From contig CAWKDZ010000001.1 in the NCBI GenBank assembly GCA_963848525.1, forward strand, positions 374,060 through 438,059: 64,000 nucleotides of DNA. The letters are read 5' to 3'. The notes below the pieces were generated by a model that saw only the letters and a list, made by a program, of their open reading frames with translations, did no database searches and had not been told where the DNA came from. Positions within the stretch are counted from its first letter, which is position 1; every line of letters starts with the position of its first letter. Positions 9,116 to 17,269 of this stretch are shown here, in pieces. A program made the position numbers and the translations under genes. The DNA is from an uncultured Actinomycetes bacterium. Lineage in GTDB: Bacteria; Actinomycetota; Thermoleophilia; Gaiellales; Gaiellaceae.

Positions 9116-12100
9116 TTAGCCCTCCTCGATCCGAGTCAGCGTTTGGTCGGACGAGCTACCGACCCAGAGGTCGCCGTCGAACGCCAGGGCGAGCGGCGCG
9201 TTCGCTGGCGTCAAGGGCGAGCCGATGACTGCCCCGGTGCCGGCGTCGAGCCGGGTGACGGTTCCGTCGGCGGACGCGACCCAGATGCTGTCCCGCGAGG
9301 CGACGAGGTCCTGGATCTCCTTGCCGAGCGAAATGGGTGCACCCTCGACGCGGCTCGTGCCGGGATCGATTCGCATCAGCGTGCGGGCGGACATGTTGGC
9401 GACCCACACCGCTTCATCCGTGACGGCAAGCGCGGCGGGGCCGTCTCCGACGGACGTCTTCGTCTGCACCGCCCTCGTGCGTGCGTCCACGCGCCACACC
9501 GAGTCATCGCCCCGGTTCGCCACCCAGACGACGTCGTCTCCGATGGCTACGTCGGACGGGTCGCGCCCGACTTCCATCGAAGCCAGGATCCTGTCGGTCG
9601 CCGGATCGACGTGGACGAGGCGGCCAGACCCTCCGGCTTCCGAGGGTGCGACGGCCCAGACGCCCGTCGGGTCTGCCGCGACGGCGGCGGCCAGTGCCAG
9701 CGGGATGTGCTGAACGGCCTCGCCGGTCGTGGCGTCGACGTGGTCGACGCCCCCGAGATCTGGGATCGCCCTCGCGATCCAGACCGCGCTCTGCGTCGCG
9801 GCCAGGTCGGCGTAGTCACCACCGCCGAGGTCGATGCCTGAGGGAAGCTCGTCGACGCTGCCGGAGTCGGCGGCGACGCGAACGAGCGAGCCTCCGCCTT
9901 CGGCAATCGCCCACACGCGACCATCGGCGGCAGCAAGGTGATCCGGGTCCGTAGGGAGCGCGATCGTCTCGCCGACGACGCGCCCCGCTGCATTGGTGAC
10001 GCCGTCGCTTCGTGACGCGATCGCCCACGCAGACAGCCCCACCGCGAGGGCCGCCAGCGCAGCGACGATCGCTGCGGCGACGGCGAGTGTCCGTTGCGAC
10101 CTCCTCTTTCTCCGACCCACGTCGATCGGGGCAGCAGCTCCGGTCGCCACGCTTCGTTCGTCGAGACGCGGACGACGACCGTCGACCACGCCGCCGGCGG
10201 CTCTTGCCAGGTCGCCCGCGGAACGGAATCGCCGCCGCGGATCCTTGTTCATCGCGCGCTCGACCACCGAGTCGAACGATTTCGGGACTCCTTCTGCGCT
10301 CGGGCGCGGCGGAGGCTGGTCGAGGTGCGCGGCCAGGGCCTCTAGCTCGGACCTCACTTCGAACGGCGGATGACCCGTGAGACACTCGTACAGCACCGCG
10401 CCGAGTGCGTAGATGTCTGCGCGAGCGTCGACCGGCTCGCCGCGGATCTGCTCGGGCGCGACGTACGCCAGCGTGCCGACCCACTGCCCCGTCTTCGTCA
10501 GGCCGTCGCCTGCGGCCTCGTTGCGCGTCAGCCCGAAGTCGGTCAGGTACGCCTGCTCGGCTCGGCCGACCTTCGTGATGAGCACGTTGGCCGGCTTCAC
10601 GTCCCGGTGTACGAGACCGCGCACGTGTGCGGCGTCGAGCGCGGCGGCGACCTGCGACACGATCCCGGCGGCCCGATCGGGCGGGAGGCGCCCGTCGCGC
10701 AGGACCGACTGGAGGTCGGCACCTTCGACGAAACGCATGGCGATGAACAGCCGGCCGTTCTCCTCACCCGCCCCGTAGACGGGTACGACGTTCGGATGCT
10801 CGAGCCCTGCCGCGATGCGGGTCTCACGTGCGAACCGCTCGCGAAAGCGCGGGTCTCCAGCGAGGGTGGGGGCAATGACCTTGAGCGCAACTTCGCGGCC
10901 GAGCGCCAGGTCCTCCGCGCGATAGACGACACCCATGCCCCCCCGCCCGGCGACCGCGCGTACCAGGTAGCCACCGATCACGTCACCGGGGACGAGGTCA
11001 GTCCGTGCCGAGCCGGTCTCGGACTTCGCGAGACTTGCCTCGAGGCGCTCGCGCGCCGGTGAGCCGTCGTCGACAAGGGCGGCGGCGCGCGTCAGCAGCG
11101 CCCGCGCGGCCTCTCCGTCTTCGCGTGCGAGTGCCCGCTCCCCCGCGCGCTCGAGATGCTCTGCAGCGCGCGCGGCGATGTCATCCTCGTCTTGGGGGCG
11201 AAGCTCCGCGCGTAGGCGCGCGGCTCGCTCGAAGTGGAAGGCGATCAGCTCGTCGGCGGCGCTCGCACGCTCGAGGATTTCGCCGAGACGCTGGTGGAGG
11301 TCCGCGCGGCGTAACTTCGGTGTCGCTTCGTACACCGCATCGCGAAGCAGCGCGTGCGTGAAGCTGTACGGGCGCGAAGCCGCCGCGAACACGCGAGACA
11401 GCGTCGGCGACACGACGTCTGGCGCCCCGTCGCCACGACCTTCGACAACGAACGACCGGCGCATCAGCAAGCCGAGCGCGGTCTCGGGCGCAGGCGCATC
11501 GGGCCCGAGCGCGGCCAGCGCGGAGTCCCAGAACTCCCGTCCCATCACCGCACCTCGTTCTGCGACCGACCGCTCCGCCGGAGAGAGCCGCTCGACCCGT
11601 GCCTGCAGGACCGCCTCCAGGCCCGGAGGCAGCTGTTCCGGATCCCCACCTTCTCCGAGATGCAGAGCGAGCTGTAGGAGCAGCAGCGGGTTCCCTTCCG
11701 CGTCGAGCACGACGCGTTCCGTGCTGGAGCGGTCGTAGCCCGCCAGCTCGAGCAGCTTTACCGCGTCCTCGCTGGCTATCGGGCGGAGCGCGAAGCGCGC
11801 GTCGGTGCTCCCGGCGGCGAAGCTCGCATGTGTTTCGAAGACGTCAGGCCGGGCGGTCGCGACCACGGCGACGCCGGGGACCGCGGCAACTGCCTCGATG
11901 AGATCGAGTAGGGGACGCTCCGCCCAGTGGACGTCCTCCGCAACCAGGAGGAGCTCATGGCGGCGGCTCAGTGCAGAGAAGAGCCGCTCCGTTGCGTAGC
12001 GAATCTCGCGGGTCGTCGCTGAAGGCCCTGCGCTGCGCCCCGTGGCGAACAGGAGCTGCTCGTACAGCTCTCTTCCGACAGCTCTCTCGACATCGTCGTC

Positions 12101-13072
12101 CCCGACGGCGTCGAGCCAGTCTGCGAGGACTCGGTACGTGATCTCTTCACCGTATGGAGGGCAGCGGCCCCAGAAGACTTGCCGTGTTGCGCGGCCGGCG
12201 ACCTCGAGAAGTAGTCGCGACTTTCCGATCCCGGGCGGCCCGAGCAGCAGACACGCACCGGCTGCCTCGGCCTGCTGCGCGAGCCAGGCTTCGATCTGCG
12301 TGAGCTCGACATCTCGTCCGACCAGCGGGTAGGCACGGGCGCGCGCCGCGCCGAGAGCAACTTCGACGTCCATGTCGACGAGGCGCCACGCCGGCACGAG
12401 CGCCCCTTTGCCCTTGAGCTCGAGCGGCGGAACCGGAGCGCAGACGGCCTCGTCGCCGATCAACTCTCGCGTCGTGGCGCCGATGAGGATCTCGCCCGCA
12501 CCGGCGGCCTGCTCCAAGCGCGCCGCGGTATTGACCGCGTCGCCGGTGACAGCCTGTTGGCCCTGGCTGAGCTCGCCCGCGACGACCGTGCCCGTGTTCA
12601 CGCCGATCCGAACGGCGAGCCGGACGCCCCACTCCGCATCGAGCTCGACGTTGAGCGCTTCTACGCCGGCAACGAGGTCGAGCGCGGCTCGGCAGGCCCG
12701 CTGCGCGTCGTCCTCGTGTGCAATGGGAATCCCGAAGACGCAAAGGACCGCGTCCCCGATGAACTTCTCGATGGTGCCTCGGTGGCGATGGAGGGCGGCC
12801 TCGCAGGTCGCGTAGTAACGAAGCTGGACGCGGCGGAACGCCTCTGGATCCAGCTTTTCCCCGAGCGCGGTCGATCCGACGAGGTCGCAGAAGAGCAGCG
12901 TGACGAGCTTGCGGACCTCGGTCGACGGCGCCGCAGGCAGACGTGCACCGCACTCGGGGCAGAACTTCGCGTTGCGCGGAAGAGGCGTCTCGCAGTCCGG
13001 GCAGGCGACAAGAGCCGGGGCTTCAGGAACGCCCTCGGAAGGCTGAAGATCGATCGCCGCAGTGTCGTCCAC
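9116..13072 (-). CDS. Multidomain signalling protein: Zn-ribbon + class III adenylate/guanylate cyclase + STAND/AAA P-loop ATPase + helical repeats + Ser/Thr protein kinase + TM + beta-propeller
   Basis: 1318 aa. Motifs in order:
- Zn-ribbon: CPDCETPLPRNAKFCPECG.
- Cyclase: LLFCDLVGST...KFIGDAV...GVNTG...VNTAARL.
- Walker A: LLGPPGIGKSRLL.
- Kinase: GRGGMGVVYRA...VALKVI...HRDVKPANVL...DFGL...APE.
- TM: LAVAAAIVAALAALAVGLSAWAIA.
- About 6-7 VW(V/A) blade repeats. Confidence 0.85.
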   Translation of the reverse strand: MDDTAAIDLQPSEGVPEAPALVACPDCETPLPRNAKFCPECGARLPAAPSTEVRKLVTLLFCDLVGSTALGEKLDPEAFRRVQLRYYATCEAALHRHRGTIEKFIGDAVLCVFGIPIAHEDDAQRACRAALDLVAGVEALNVELDAEWGVRLAVRIGVNTGTVVAGELSQGQQAVTGDAVNTAARLEQAAGAGEILIGATTRELIGDEAVCAPVPPLELKGKGALVPAWRLVDMDVEVALGAARARAYPLVGRDVELTQIEAWLAQQAEAAGACLLLGPPGIGKSRLLLEVAGRATRQVFWGRCPPYGEEITYRVLADWLDAVGDDDVERAVGRELYEQLLFATGRSAGPSATTREIRYATERLFSALSRRHELLLVAEDVHWAERPLLDLIEAVAAVPGVAVVATARPDVFETHASFAAGSTDARFALRPIASEDAVKLLELAGYDRSSTERVVLDAEGNPLLLLQLALHLGEGGDPEQLPPGLEAVLQARVERLSPAERSVAERGAVMGREFWDSALAALGPDAPAPETALGLLMRRSFVVEGRGDGAPDVVSPTLSRVFAAASRPYSFTHALLRDAVYEATPKLRRADLHQRLGEILERASAADELIAFHFERAARLRAELRPQDEDDIAARAAEHLERAGERALAREDGEAARALLTRAAALVDDGSPARERLEASLAKSETGSARTDLVPGDVIGGYLVRAVAGRGGMGVVYRAEDLALGREVALKVIAPTLAGDPRFRERFARETRIAAGLEHPNVVPVYGAGEENGRLFIAMRFVEGADLQSVLRDGRLPPDRAAGIVSQVAAALDAAHVRGLVHRDVKPANVLITKVGRAEQAYLTDFGLTRNEAAGDGLTKTGQWVGTLAYVAPEQIRGEPVDARADIYALGAVLYECLTGHPPFEVRSELEALAAHLDQPPPRPSAEGVPKSFDSVVERAMNKDPRRRFRSAGDLARAAGGVVDGRRPRLDERSVATGAAAPIDVGRRKRRSQRTLAVAAAIVAALAALAVGLSAWAIASRSDGVTNAAGRVVGETIALPTDPDHLAAADGRVWAIAEGGGSLVRVAADSGSVDELPSGIDLGGGDYADLAATQSAVWIARAIPDLGGVDHVDATTGEAVQHIPLALAAAVAADPTGVWAVAPSEAGGSGRLVHVDPATDRILASMEVGRDPSDVAIGDDVVWVANRGDDSVWRVDARTRAVQTKTSVGDGPAALAVTDEAVWVANMSARTLMRIDPGTSRVEGAPISLGKEIQDLVASRDSIWVASADGTVTRLDAGTGAVIGSPLTPANAPLALAFDGDLWVGSSSDQTLTRIEEG

Positions 13073-13195
13073 TTCCGCCTGCTCTGCCGAGCGACAACCA
13101 TCCTGTCACCGGAGCGCCGCGCTGAACAGGTGTAGCTCCCAAGAATCTGCACGGCGAGGAGCTGGCCCCCCGGGAGGGACGAAGCGTTCGGTCGA

Positions 13196-14287
13196 TCAGC
13201 CGATCGGCTCGCACCTTCCCCCGACTCGCGGCAACGACGTGTCTGCGCACGCCGGAAGCTTCCCGCCCGACCGGACGGCGGCGATCGCCGACCGCACGGC
13301 CTCGATCACGAGCTGCGGGACCTCCGCCGCCAAGAAGTGGCCGCGTCCGGGAGCGCTGACCCAGAGCTTGTTCGAGGAGCGCTGAAGGATGTCGGGCGCC
13401 TCGTGGCCGTAGGTCGAGGTCAGCACGACGAGCGGACGGTCGTCGAATCGAAGCCGGTTCAACGCATCGCGATCACCGCTTTCGTCCACCTCGCCAAACA
13501 GCCTCGAGGCGGGGCCGATCGCATCCGAGAAGACCAGGCCGACGACGTCGCCGGGGTGGTGCAAGGTGTAGAGGGAGATGAGCAGTCCGGCATACGACGC
13601 GCCGTAGAGCACGTACGGGCCGACGACGCCCGCGTTCGCCATCAGCGTGTGGAGCTCCTTGGCATATGTGGCTCCGGTCCCGGGAACCGTGGTCGGGCGA
13701 CGGTCGCTCGCGCCGAGGCCGGCGCGGTCGTAGACGCACACGCGCGTCTCGGAAGCGAGCGTCGTTCGCACTGCTCTCCACCCCTGGGCCAACCCGGGAA
13801 TCGAGGTGACCCGGTCGACCGTCGCGCTCGGCGCGCTGAGCCCCGCCTCGAGGATGACCGTCGGCGTCCCACTCCCCTCGCATTCGAGATAGAGGCCGTA
13901 GCCACCGACATCGACCTTTCGTCCGGTCAGCGGAGCCGCCGGCGGTGCGGGCGGAGACGGCTTCGGCACCCCCGTCACGGTCTCGCAGTTCTTCGCAACC
14001 GTGTCCGTCTCATCCGCGTTCGCCCGGTCGCGGCCCGGCCCGCACACCAAGCGATCCGCCCCGCGCCCTCCGGTCAGGACGTCGTTCCCGGGTCCGCCGT
14101 CGAGGAGGTCGTTACCGGCGAGCCCGAGGAGCGTGTCGTTGCCGCCGCGGCCGTACAGCTTGTCGGCGCGGGCCGTCCCGCGCAGCCTGTCGTTCCCAGC
14201 TCCGCCGGGAATCGTCGCCGCCCAGACCGTCGCGGCGAAGACCATCGAGAGAGCAAGGAGCACCGCAACGAGGCCACGCCACTTCAC
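13196..14287 (-). CDS. Secreted protein: RTX-type Ca-binding repeat cassette + Pro-rich linker + alpha/beta-hydrolase-like domain
   Basis: Signal peptide [23 protein letters not shown], followed by [54 protein letters not shown] (GGxGxD-type repeats) and a [12 protein letters not shown] linker. The hydrolase-like body includes ...[11 protein letters not shown].... Confidence 0.8.
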   Translation of the reverse strand: MKWRGLVAVLLALSMVFAATVWAATIPGGAGNDRLRGTARADKLYGRGGNDTLLGLAGNDLLDGGPGNDVLTGGRGADRLVCGPGRDRANADETDTVAKNCETVTGVPKPSPPAPPAAPLTGRKVDVGGYGLYLECEGSGTPTVILEAGLSAPSATVDRVTSIPGLAQGWRAVRTTLASETRVCVYDRAGLGASDRRPTTVPGTGATYAKELHTLMANAGVVGPYVLYGASYAGLLISLYTLHHPGDVVGLVFSDAIGPASRLFGEVDESGDRDALNRLRFDDRPLVVLTSTYGHEAPDILQRSSNKLWVSAPGRGHFLAAEVPQLVIEAVRSAIAAVRSGGKLPACADTSLPRVGGRCEPIG

Positions 14288-14402
14288 AAGCGGCCGACGA
14301 TCTCACGAATTCCTCCGCTCCGCAATCCGCGGCTCCTGTTCGCCGGGAGGCCCACCCCGTTTGTGTCATGACGCCCGAACGCCCGCTCCCTATGCTCGTC
14401 AG

Positions 14403-14868
14403 GTGAGGTTCGGCGCGACCGTCGTTGCTGCTGTCCTCACGCTCGCTTTACTGGCAATTCCGGCTGCGTGCGGTGGTGACGATGACGCCGCGTCGGACGC
14501 GGCGGCCGAAGTGACGACGGCCGCGACGACGCAGTCGACCGCGACGATTCCCAGCGCGGCTCTTGCCGGCACATGGGCGGAAACGAACGGGCCGTTCATT
14601 GTGCAGGCTCACACGCGACGGGACGTTCTCGATGGACGCAGACGGTTCACTCGAGAACGGCGAGTTCGTCAAGGGCACCTACAACGTCGAAGGGTCGAAG
14701 ATCAGGTTCGTCGCGGACGAGCTGGGCCCGCGCGGGTGCGGCGGCCAGGAGTGGGAGTTCGAGATCGCGCTCAGCGAGAGCGGCACGCTCGCCGCCGAAC
14801 TCCTTCAAGAGGTCTGCCAAACAACGGCTGGAACGCGCTGGTCGCTCGTGAAGCGGCCAAATTCTTAG
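14403..14868 (+). pseudogene. Lipoprotein (lipocalin-like small secreted protein), reads as frameshifted near 14595-14620
   Basis: GTG 14403 opens VRFGATVVAAVLTLALLAIPAACGGDDD... (lipobox A-A-C) ...LAGTWAETNGPF in one frame. It continues as ...LTRDGTFSMDADGSLENGEFVKGTYNVEGSKIRFVADELGPRGCGGQEWEFEIALSESGTL... in the +1 frame (ORF 14563..14868). Confidence 0.55.
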
Positions 14869-14880
14869 AACCGCGCCGGG

Positions 14881-15438
14881 TTATGGAAGGCGATAGCGGA
14901 GGTGGACGACGCCGCTGCTGAACCGGTGCTCGTCGATCAGCTTCAGATCGACGCGCACGTCGGTTGGCAGTGCGGGGGTGCGCCCACCGAGGACGACTGG
15001 CCAGACGAACAAGGCCAATTCGTCGACGAGCCCAGCGACGAGAGCCTGGCCTGCCAGGTTCGGGCCACCGACCAACAGATCCCTACTGGCGGCGGCCTTC
15101 AGGTCGCGTACCGCGCTGGGGTCGAAGTGGCGTTCGAGCCGAGTGTTCGCGGTGCGTGGTGCGGCCAGGGTCGAGGAGTAGACGACCTTGTCCGCCGCCT
15201 GCCATGCGCTCGCGTAGTCGGCCATGAGGTCCGACTGGTTGGCCAGGGTGGCGTCGGTCTCCCACACAGCCAGCGTCTCGTACATGCGCCGCCCATAGAG
15301 GTACGTGCGTGCGGACCGCATGAGCTCGGTGATGAACACGAACACGTCGTCGTCGGGCGGAGCCCAGTCGAAGGCGCCGTGCTCATCCTCGGTGCAGCCG
15401 TCGAGGGACATGTTCGACGCGTAGATCAACTTCGCCAT
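14881..15438 (-). CDS. Dihydrofolate reductase-like (RibD C-terminal domain family) protein
   Basis: 185-aa ORF (MAKLIYASNMSLDGC...YLYGRRMYE...LLVGGPNLAGQALVAGLVDEL.LFVWPVVLGG...), the typical pattern of this family. Confidence 0.8.
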   Translation of the reverse strand: MAKLIYASNMSLDGCTEDEHGAFDWAPPDDDVFVFITELMRSARTYLYGRRMYETLAVWETDATLANQSDLMADYASAWQAADKVVYSSTLAAPRTANTRLERHFDPSAVRDLKAAASRDLLVGGPNLAGQALVAGLVDELALFVWPVVLGGRTPALPTDVRVDLKLIDEHRFSSGVVHLRYRLP

Positions 15439-15459
15439 GACACGCTCTTCTGCATAGCG

Positions 15460-16449
15460 CTAGATGGCCCCGGGAGGAGTCGAACCTCCGCGCGCAGATT
15501 CGAAGTCTGCCGCTCTATCCACTGAGCTACGGGGCCCGGCCGACACGGTAGCCGAGCCCGGAACCGGATTCGGGAGCGGTCGGCCGTCGAGCGCGGCGCG
15601 GATGTTGGCGACCAGCTCGGCCGTCGCCGCCTCGCGCGTCGCACGGGTCGCGCTGCCGACGTGCGGAAGCAGCACGACGTTCGGGAGGCCGAGCAGAGCC
15701 TCGGGGACGTTTGGCTCGTCCTCGAAGACGTCGAGCCCTGCGCGCAGCCGCCCCGACACGAGCTCGCGGACGAGTGCGTCCTCGTCGACGATCGCGCCGC
15801 GGGCGGTGTTGATCAGCGCGGCGCCGTCGCGCAGGAGCGCGAGGCGGCGTTCGTCGATCAGCCCGCGCGTCTCGTCGGTGAGCGGGACGTGCAGGCTGAC
15901 GACGTCGGACTCGCGGAGCAGCTCCTCGAGCTCGACGCTTCCAGGGTCGGGCGAGCGACGCGAGTAGAGCACGCGCATGCCGAACGCCTCGGCGCGGGCT
16001 GCGACCGCTGTGCCGATCCGGCCGAGGCCGACCAGACCGAGCGTCGCGCCGCCGACCTCGTCTCCCATCAGCGTGCCCGAGACCCATTCCGTGCCCCACC
16101 GGCCCTCGCGCACGAAGCGGTCGGACTCGACCACTCGCCGACGCACCGCGAGCACGAGCGCCATCGTCAGGTCGGCGGTCGCGACGCCGAGCGCGTCGGG
16201 CGTGTTCGTGACCGCGACGCCGCGCCGGGCGCAGGCGGCGACGTCGACGCCGTCGTAGCCGACCCCGTAGTTCGCGACCAGCCGGAGCCCGGGCAGCAGC
16301 TCGAGCACGGCGTCGTCGACCACCGCCCCGACGATCACGAGCACCTCCGCGTCGGGGCGCTCGCCCGCGAGCGGCCACTCGACCTCCTCGACGTCCTCGA
16401 GCTCCTCCCACGCCGGCCCCGGAAACCGCCGCGTCGACAGGACCCGCAC
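15460..16449 (-). CDS. D-isomer-specific 2-hydroxyacid dehydrogenase (glyoxylate/hydroxypyruvate reductase-like)
   Basis: 329-aa ORF with NAD-binding LGLVGLGRIGTAVAARA and the catalytic region ...LLPHVGSAT. The last ~25 codons read through the same-strand tRNA-Arg, so the annotated 3' end is suspect. Confidence 0.8.
   Translation of the reverse strand: MRVLSTRRFPGPAWEELEDVEEVEWPLAGERPDAEVLVIVGAVVDDAVLELLPGLRLVANYGVGYDGVDVAACARRGVAVTNTPDALGVATADLTMALVLAVRRRVVESDRFVREGRWGTEWVSGTLMGDEVGGATLGLVGLGRIGTAVAARAEAFGMRVLYSRRSPDPGSVELEELLRESDVVSLHVPLTDETRGLIDERRLALLRDGAALINTARGAIVDEDALVRELVSGRLRAGLDVFEDEPNVPEALLGLPNVVLLPHVGSATRATREAATAELVANIRAALDGRPLPNPVPGSATVSAGPRSSVDRAADFESARGGSTPPGAI
15465..15536 (-). 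tRNA. tRNA-Arg (anticodon TCG)
   Basis: The reverse complement GGCCCCGTAGCTCAGTGGATAGAGCGGCAGACTTCGAATCTGCGCGCGGAGGTTCGACTCCTCCCGGGGCCA folds as a cloverleaf. It has a 7-bp acceptor stem, anticodon loop CTTCGAA and T-loop TTCGACT. Confidence 0.85.
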
Positions 16450-16479
16450 GAGACCGAGGCTATCCTGTGCCTCGAGCGT

Positions 16480-16553
16480 GGTGGCGGTAGCTCAGTTGGT
16501 AGAGCCCCGGGTTGTGGTCCCGGTGGTCGCGGGTTCGAGTCCCGTCCGCCACC
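16480..16553 (+). tRNA. tRNA-His (anticodon GTG, with encoded G-1)
   Basis: G-GTGGCGG TA GCTC AGTTGGTA GAGC C CCGGG TTGTGGT CCCGG ... GCGGG TTCGAGT CCCGT CCGCCAC C forms a cloverleaf. The extra 5' G opposite the discriminator C is typical of tRNA-His. Confidence 0.85.
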
Positions 16554-16567
16554 CCTCTTGAACAGCG
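16526..16567 (+). repeat. Direct repeat copy 1 (att-like): last 28 nt of tRNA-His plus 14 nt downstream
   Basis: The sequence gtcgcgggttcgagtcccgtccgccacccctcttgaacagcg recurs at 17226-17266 with one 1-nt indel and one mismatch. Confidence 0.75.
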
Positions 16568-16595
16568 GCTTGGTCGTCTCGCGCTCACAACGCGG

Positions 16596-17210
16596 GTGAC
16601 GAAGAGCTCGGCCCGGCCGGTCGTCCTTCGGAACGGCGTCGAGGTCGAGGATCCCCTGCCTGTCGTGCTGGGGTTCCTGGAGGCCTACCCGCACTTCGAC
16701 GTCGGCGACCCTTCGGGACCCGTCTCGTTCGGCGAGCCCGACCTTCGGCACGCGAATCGGGGCGGCGCCCGGATCTCGGCCGTCGAGATCGGGGTGATCC
16801 TCGAGCGGCGCCCCGCGATCGAGCGCGCTCTCCGGGCGATCGCCCCAGAGGCATCGCTGGCCGAAGCGACGAACGCAGTGCCGTGGTCGCCGCTGAGGCA
16901 GCTGTTCGACACGTTCGCGGAAATCCGGGGAGTCGGCCTCTCGAAGATGACGAAGGCACTACACCGAAAGCGCCCCGCGTTGATCCCGATGCTCGACAGC
17001 GTCGTTCAGGCGTACCTCGTGAACGACGACCCGGGACTCGACGCACCGTTCGGCGAGCGCGCGCTCGGGCTCGTTCGCGGCTACAAGCGCGACGTCGACC
17101 GTAACCGCTCCACGCTCCGCGCGATTCGCCGCGAGCTCGCACGGCGCGACCGCGAGCTCACCGAGGTGCGGATCCTCGACCTTTTGATCTTCTCTGTCGC
17201 GGCGCCGTAG
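16596..17210 (+). CDS. Hypothetical protein with a helix-hairpin-helix-like motif; sole gene between the tRNA-His direct repeats
   Basis: GTG 16596 is the first start after the tRNA within ORF 16512..17210. The protein contains ...LFDTFAEIRGVGLSKMTKALHRKRPALIPMLD... (HhH-like hxxhxGhG). I do not recognise the family with confidence. Confidence 0.6.
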   Translation: MTKSSARPVVLRNGVEVEDPLPVVLGFLEAYPHFDVGDPSGPVSFGEPDLRHANRGGARISAVEIGVILERRPAIERALRAIAPEASLAEATNAVPWSPLRQLFDTFAEIRGVGLSKMTKALHRKRPALIPMLDSVVQAYLVNDDPGLDAPFGERALGLVRGYKRDVDRNRSTLRAIRRELARRDRELTEVRILDLLIFSVAAP

Positions 17211-17225
17211 GCCTACGCCACCTGA

Positions 17226-17266
17226 GTCGCGGTTCGAGTCCCGTCCGCCACTCCTCTTGAACAGCG
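17226..17266 (+). repeat. Direct repeat copy 2 (att-like partial tRNA-His 3' end)
   Basis: The sequence gtcgcggttcgagtcccgtccgccactcctcttgaacagcg is a near-identical copy of 16526-16567. It lacks the 5' two-thirds of the tRNA. Confidence 0.75.
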
Positions 17267-17269
17267 AGA

